Shown here: piece after piece, positions 60,955 to 64,000 of the stretch
Position numbering within the stretch: the stretch's first letter is position 1
Layout of the letters: each line of letters opens with the position of its first letter
Translations under genes and position numbers: made by a program
NCBI GenBank assembly: GCA_050575255.1
Contig: JBNZDD010013732.1
Coordinates: 9,618,225 to 9,682,224 of the forward strand
Length of the DNA: 64,000 nucleotides
Direction: 5' to 3'
Source: Harriotta raleighana
Lineage: Eukaryota
Notes under the pieces: generated by a model
The model's database searches: none
Seen by the model: the letters and a program-made list of their open reading frames with translations, nothing else
Told to the model about the DNA's origin: nothing

Positions 60955-62462
60955 ACTAGGGCAATTAGTGTTAAAATAAGGCAAAAAAAGGAGTCTTATG
61001 ACACGTGTCAGGCCCAAGATACAGAGGTCAACCAAGCAGAGTATAGGAAGTGCAGGAGAGAACTGAAAAAGGAAATTAGAGGGGCAAAAAGACTGCATGA
61101 GAAACAATTAGCAGGTAATATTAAAAGGAACCCTAAGGTATTTTACAAACATATTAAGAGTAAAAGAGTGGTCAAGGGTAGGGTGGGGCCAATTAGAGGC
61201 CAAGGAGGAAATCTTAATATAGAGGCAGATAGAATTTTTCGATGAGGTGACAGAATGGGTGGACAAGGGTGGACAAGGGTAGCGCAGTTGATGTAATTTA
61301 CATGGACTTTCAAAGGGCATTTGACAAAGTGCCGCATGAGAGGCTTATTAGGAAAGTAGAGGACCATGGCATTAAAGGGACACTGGACCCACAACTGGCT
61401 ATGAGACAGAAAGCAGAGAGTTGTGGTGAGTGGTTGCTTTTCAGACTGGAGGGAAGTGTGCAGTGGCATCCCCCAGGGATCGGTTTTGGGACCACTGCTC
61501 TTTTTAATATATATTAATGATCTGGACTTGGGTGTAGGGAGCCCAGTTTCCAAGTTTGCAGATGATACTAAATTAGGAAGAATAGTGAATAGTGAGGAGG
61601 ATAGTAATCATCTGCAAGAAGATATAGATAAAATGGTAAAGTGGGCAGACACATGGCAGATGAAGTTTAATGAAGAGAAGTCTGAGGTGATACATTTTGG
61701 GAGAAGAAATGAGGGGAGGCAATATAGACTAGATAGTGCAAATTTAAGAGGTGTGAGGGAACAGAGACCCGGGGATCTGTGTTAGTGACTCTTTGAAGGT
61801 GGCAGGACAAGTAGACAAAGCTGTTAAGAAGGCATATGGGATACTAGGCTTTATTAATAGGGGTATAGAGTACAAAAGTCAGGATGTGCTGACTAACCTG
61901 TATAAAACTTAGGCCTCATCTGGAGTACTGCGTCCAATTCTGGTCACCACACTATAGAAAGGATGTTAAGCCATTGGAAAAGATGCAAAGAAGATTTACT
62001 AGAATGGTACCAGGATTGAGGGTCTTCAGTTATGGGGAAAGGCTAGACAGGTTAGGTTTATTCTCTTTGGAACAGAGAAGATTGAGAGGAGACCTAATAG
62101 AGGTTTATAAAATCATGAGGGGATTCGACAGGGTAAAAAAGGAAAAATTGTTTCCTCTGGTGGGTGAATCTGTAACTCGTGGTCACAGATTTAAAATAGT
62201 TTCAAAGTGAAGCAGAGGGGAACTGAGGAGAATTTTTTTCACTCACCGGGTTGTTCGAATCTGGAATGCATTGCCTGAAAAGGTGGTGGAGGCCGATTCA
62301 ATAACAGCTTTTAAAAGGGAATTAGATATTTATTCAGGGAGAATGGGTATGTCAGATTATGGGGAGAAAGATGGGCAGTGGGATTGAGTTGCTCTTTTCT
62401 AAGAGCCGGCACAGAATAGATGGGCCGAAAGGCCTCCTTTTGTGCCGTAAAATTCTATGATT
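60955..62462 (+). mobile_element. LINE/CR1 copy with internal deletion and frameshifts
   Basis: KKEIRGAKRLHEKQLAGNIKRNPKVFYKHIKSKR, VDVIYMDFQRAFDKVPH, GIPQGSVLGPLLFLIYIND, KFADDTKL, RGDLIEVYKIMRG; tail gatgggccgaaaggcctcct..ttctatgatt. Confidence 0.95.
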
Positions 62463-62716
62463 ACATGGTATATTTTGGCATAATAGATACTTGCTATTAA
62501 TTATAACACAGTCGTCTCATTGAAGGGATAGTTGGGTCCATCAGTATCATAAATTATGATAGTAAAGATTGAACATTTTATAAAACACCAAGTGACATGA
62601 TTTTCTTCCTGGGAACAATATATCACTGCAAAATCTACAATCCTGTATTCACATGCCAAAAATCAGAGATAACATGAAATTCCATTCTCTTTTCTGTGGT
62701 CAGTCTAGTGGTGCTC

Positions 62717-62950
62717 GTCTGCCCATTCAGATGGATGTTAAAGATCCTGTGGCACTATTCAAAAAGAATGGAGTTTCTCCAGGTATCCTGACCAACAATC
62801 CCCAAGTAAAATTGATAATTTGTTCCATGGCTGTTTACACACAAAATGTACAGTCATTCCACTTTACAATATATTGTTTGATTCGTTTGAGATGTCCCCC
62901 TAATGTTAAAGGTGCTTTGTATAAAATGCAAGAATTATTGCTATTATTAT
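62717..62950 (+). mobile_element. Deu-domain SINE 3' portion
   Basis: gtctgcccattcagatggatgttaaagatcctgtggcactattcaaaaaga..ggagtttctccaggtatcctgaccaaca..aaatgcaagaattatt. Confidence 0.65.
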
Positions 62951-63039
62951 TATATTCAATAATCATGATATGAAACCAGTCAGTAGCAGAATCCCCAAGG
63001 CTGTTCTCATCACAACATCACAAGGCAGAAGGATTGAGC

Positions 63040-63385
63040 GATAGCCTTGGGAGATTTGGGGCGTAGTGGCTGAAAGCATGTCCACCATGGGTGGAACGGT
63101 GTGGACGAGGGAAATGCAGGAGGCTGGAGCCACCTCTTTACTAAAGTAAAACTCTAGAGTAACCAATGTTCTGCCAACCAGCAATCATAAAGCCATCATC
63201 CAGAAGTCGAAAACCAGATTGCTGGGTGAAGGTGGGAGTGATGTGGTCGCAGAGCTTGTTGTAAGTGAGGATGTGAGCTGCAGAGTTCTGGATGATCTGC
63301 AGCTTGTGAAGGGAAGAACCAGAAGGCCAATATGGACGCAGTTTCCATAGTCGAGCCAGTTGATGGTTGATCTCATCTACCATAA
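63040..63385 (-). mobile_element. Degraded LINE/L2 fragment
   Basis: Minus-strand SSLHKLQIIQNSAAHILT..LCDHITPT. Confidence 0.75.
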
Positions 63386-63564
63386 TTGCCTAGCAAAATG
63401 ATGAACTTGGGACTTCAGTTTAACCACTGTGACCAAAATAATGCCAATTTTACATTAGTGTATGGTTCTGTATGTATTCAACATGGGCCACAATCAACAC
63501 CAACACCCAAGCTTCTGACCACAACCATACTCTGACACACCTAGCAAAATATTGTTTTGCTCAT

Positions 63565-63899
63565 GGAGCTCCTGTGGCTCAGTGGTGAGAGCACTCGCCT
63601 TACATGCCTTAGAAGCATGAGACCTGTGTTCGAATCCAGGCAGATCAGGGCGAAACCTTGGGCAAGTTTCCTTACTCCACATGCCTAATAATAATCCCTC
63701 CAAAAAAAAACTACAATAATAAAAATTGGTCATTTCAATCTATGACTGTTTGTGGGACACTGCTGTGCGCAATTGACTGCCGCGTTCCGCCCACAAATAT
63801 GCAGTCAATTCACTTTCCAGTATATTCTGTGAAGTGCTTTGGGACGTTGATAAGATGTGAAAAGCGCTATATCAAATGCAAGGATTATTTATTATTATT
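63565..63899 (+). mobile_element. tRNA-derived SINE, full length
   Basis: ggagctcctgtggctcagtggtgagagcactcgcc..gttcgaatcc..aaatgcaaggattatttattatt; very similar to 3614-3940. Confidence 0.9.
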
Positions 63900-64000
63900 T
63901 AAAACAGAAGTGGAGACCCGTTATAACTAAATTCCTGGGTTGCAAATACAACTCATGTAGCATCCCCTCCATCACCTCTTTCAAGATCATCTTTCCTCTC

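Larger units (their letters stand above)
29132..64000 (+). other. Long ADAMTS20 intron (at least 34.8 kb, continues beyond window)
   Basis: Exon 17 ends mid-TSR (WHRGPWNS). No acceptor followed by the expected CSxxCGxG continuation was found by eye; the region is transposon fragments and AT-rich unique DNA. Confidence 0.75.

Overview
AT-rich vertebrate genomic DNA, most likely a cartilaginous fish (chimaera/elephant-shark type, inferred from its SINE/L2/CR1 repertoire). It contains 17 consecutive + strand internal coding exons (5174-29131) of an ADAMTS9/20-subfamily secreted metalloprotease, best matching ADAMTS20. All have AG/GT boundaries with matching phases and splice to 2658 nt = 886 aa without stops. 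They cover the end of the disintegrin-like domain, TSR1, the Cys-rich domain, the spacer and TSR2-10. No start codon, catalytic domain, GON-1 domain or stop codon is in the window. From 29132 to the window end I find no further exon (intron of at least 34.8 kb). The introns hold a young tRNA-derived SINE, older Deu-domain and AmnSINE2-like SINEs, 5'-truncated L2 and CR1 LINEs, two TA-flanked Tigger-like MITEs and a Penelope-type inverted repeat with a degenerate hammerhead core. There are also several hairpins and assembly artefacts (N gaps with duplicated flanks). I see no evidence of a prokaryote-type novel system. The best leads are an unclassified ancient repeat, an L2/SINE chimeric family, the hammerhead remnant, a near-perfect 43-bp hairpin beside an exon, and a weak donor with an in-frame stop where a short ADAMTS20 isoform could arise. 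Family names and human comparisons are from memory, not database searches; repeat boundaries are approximate.
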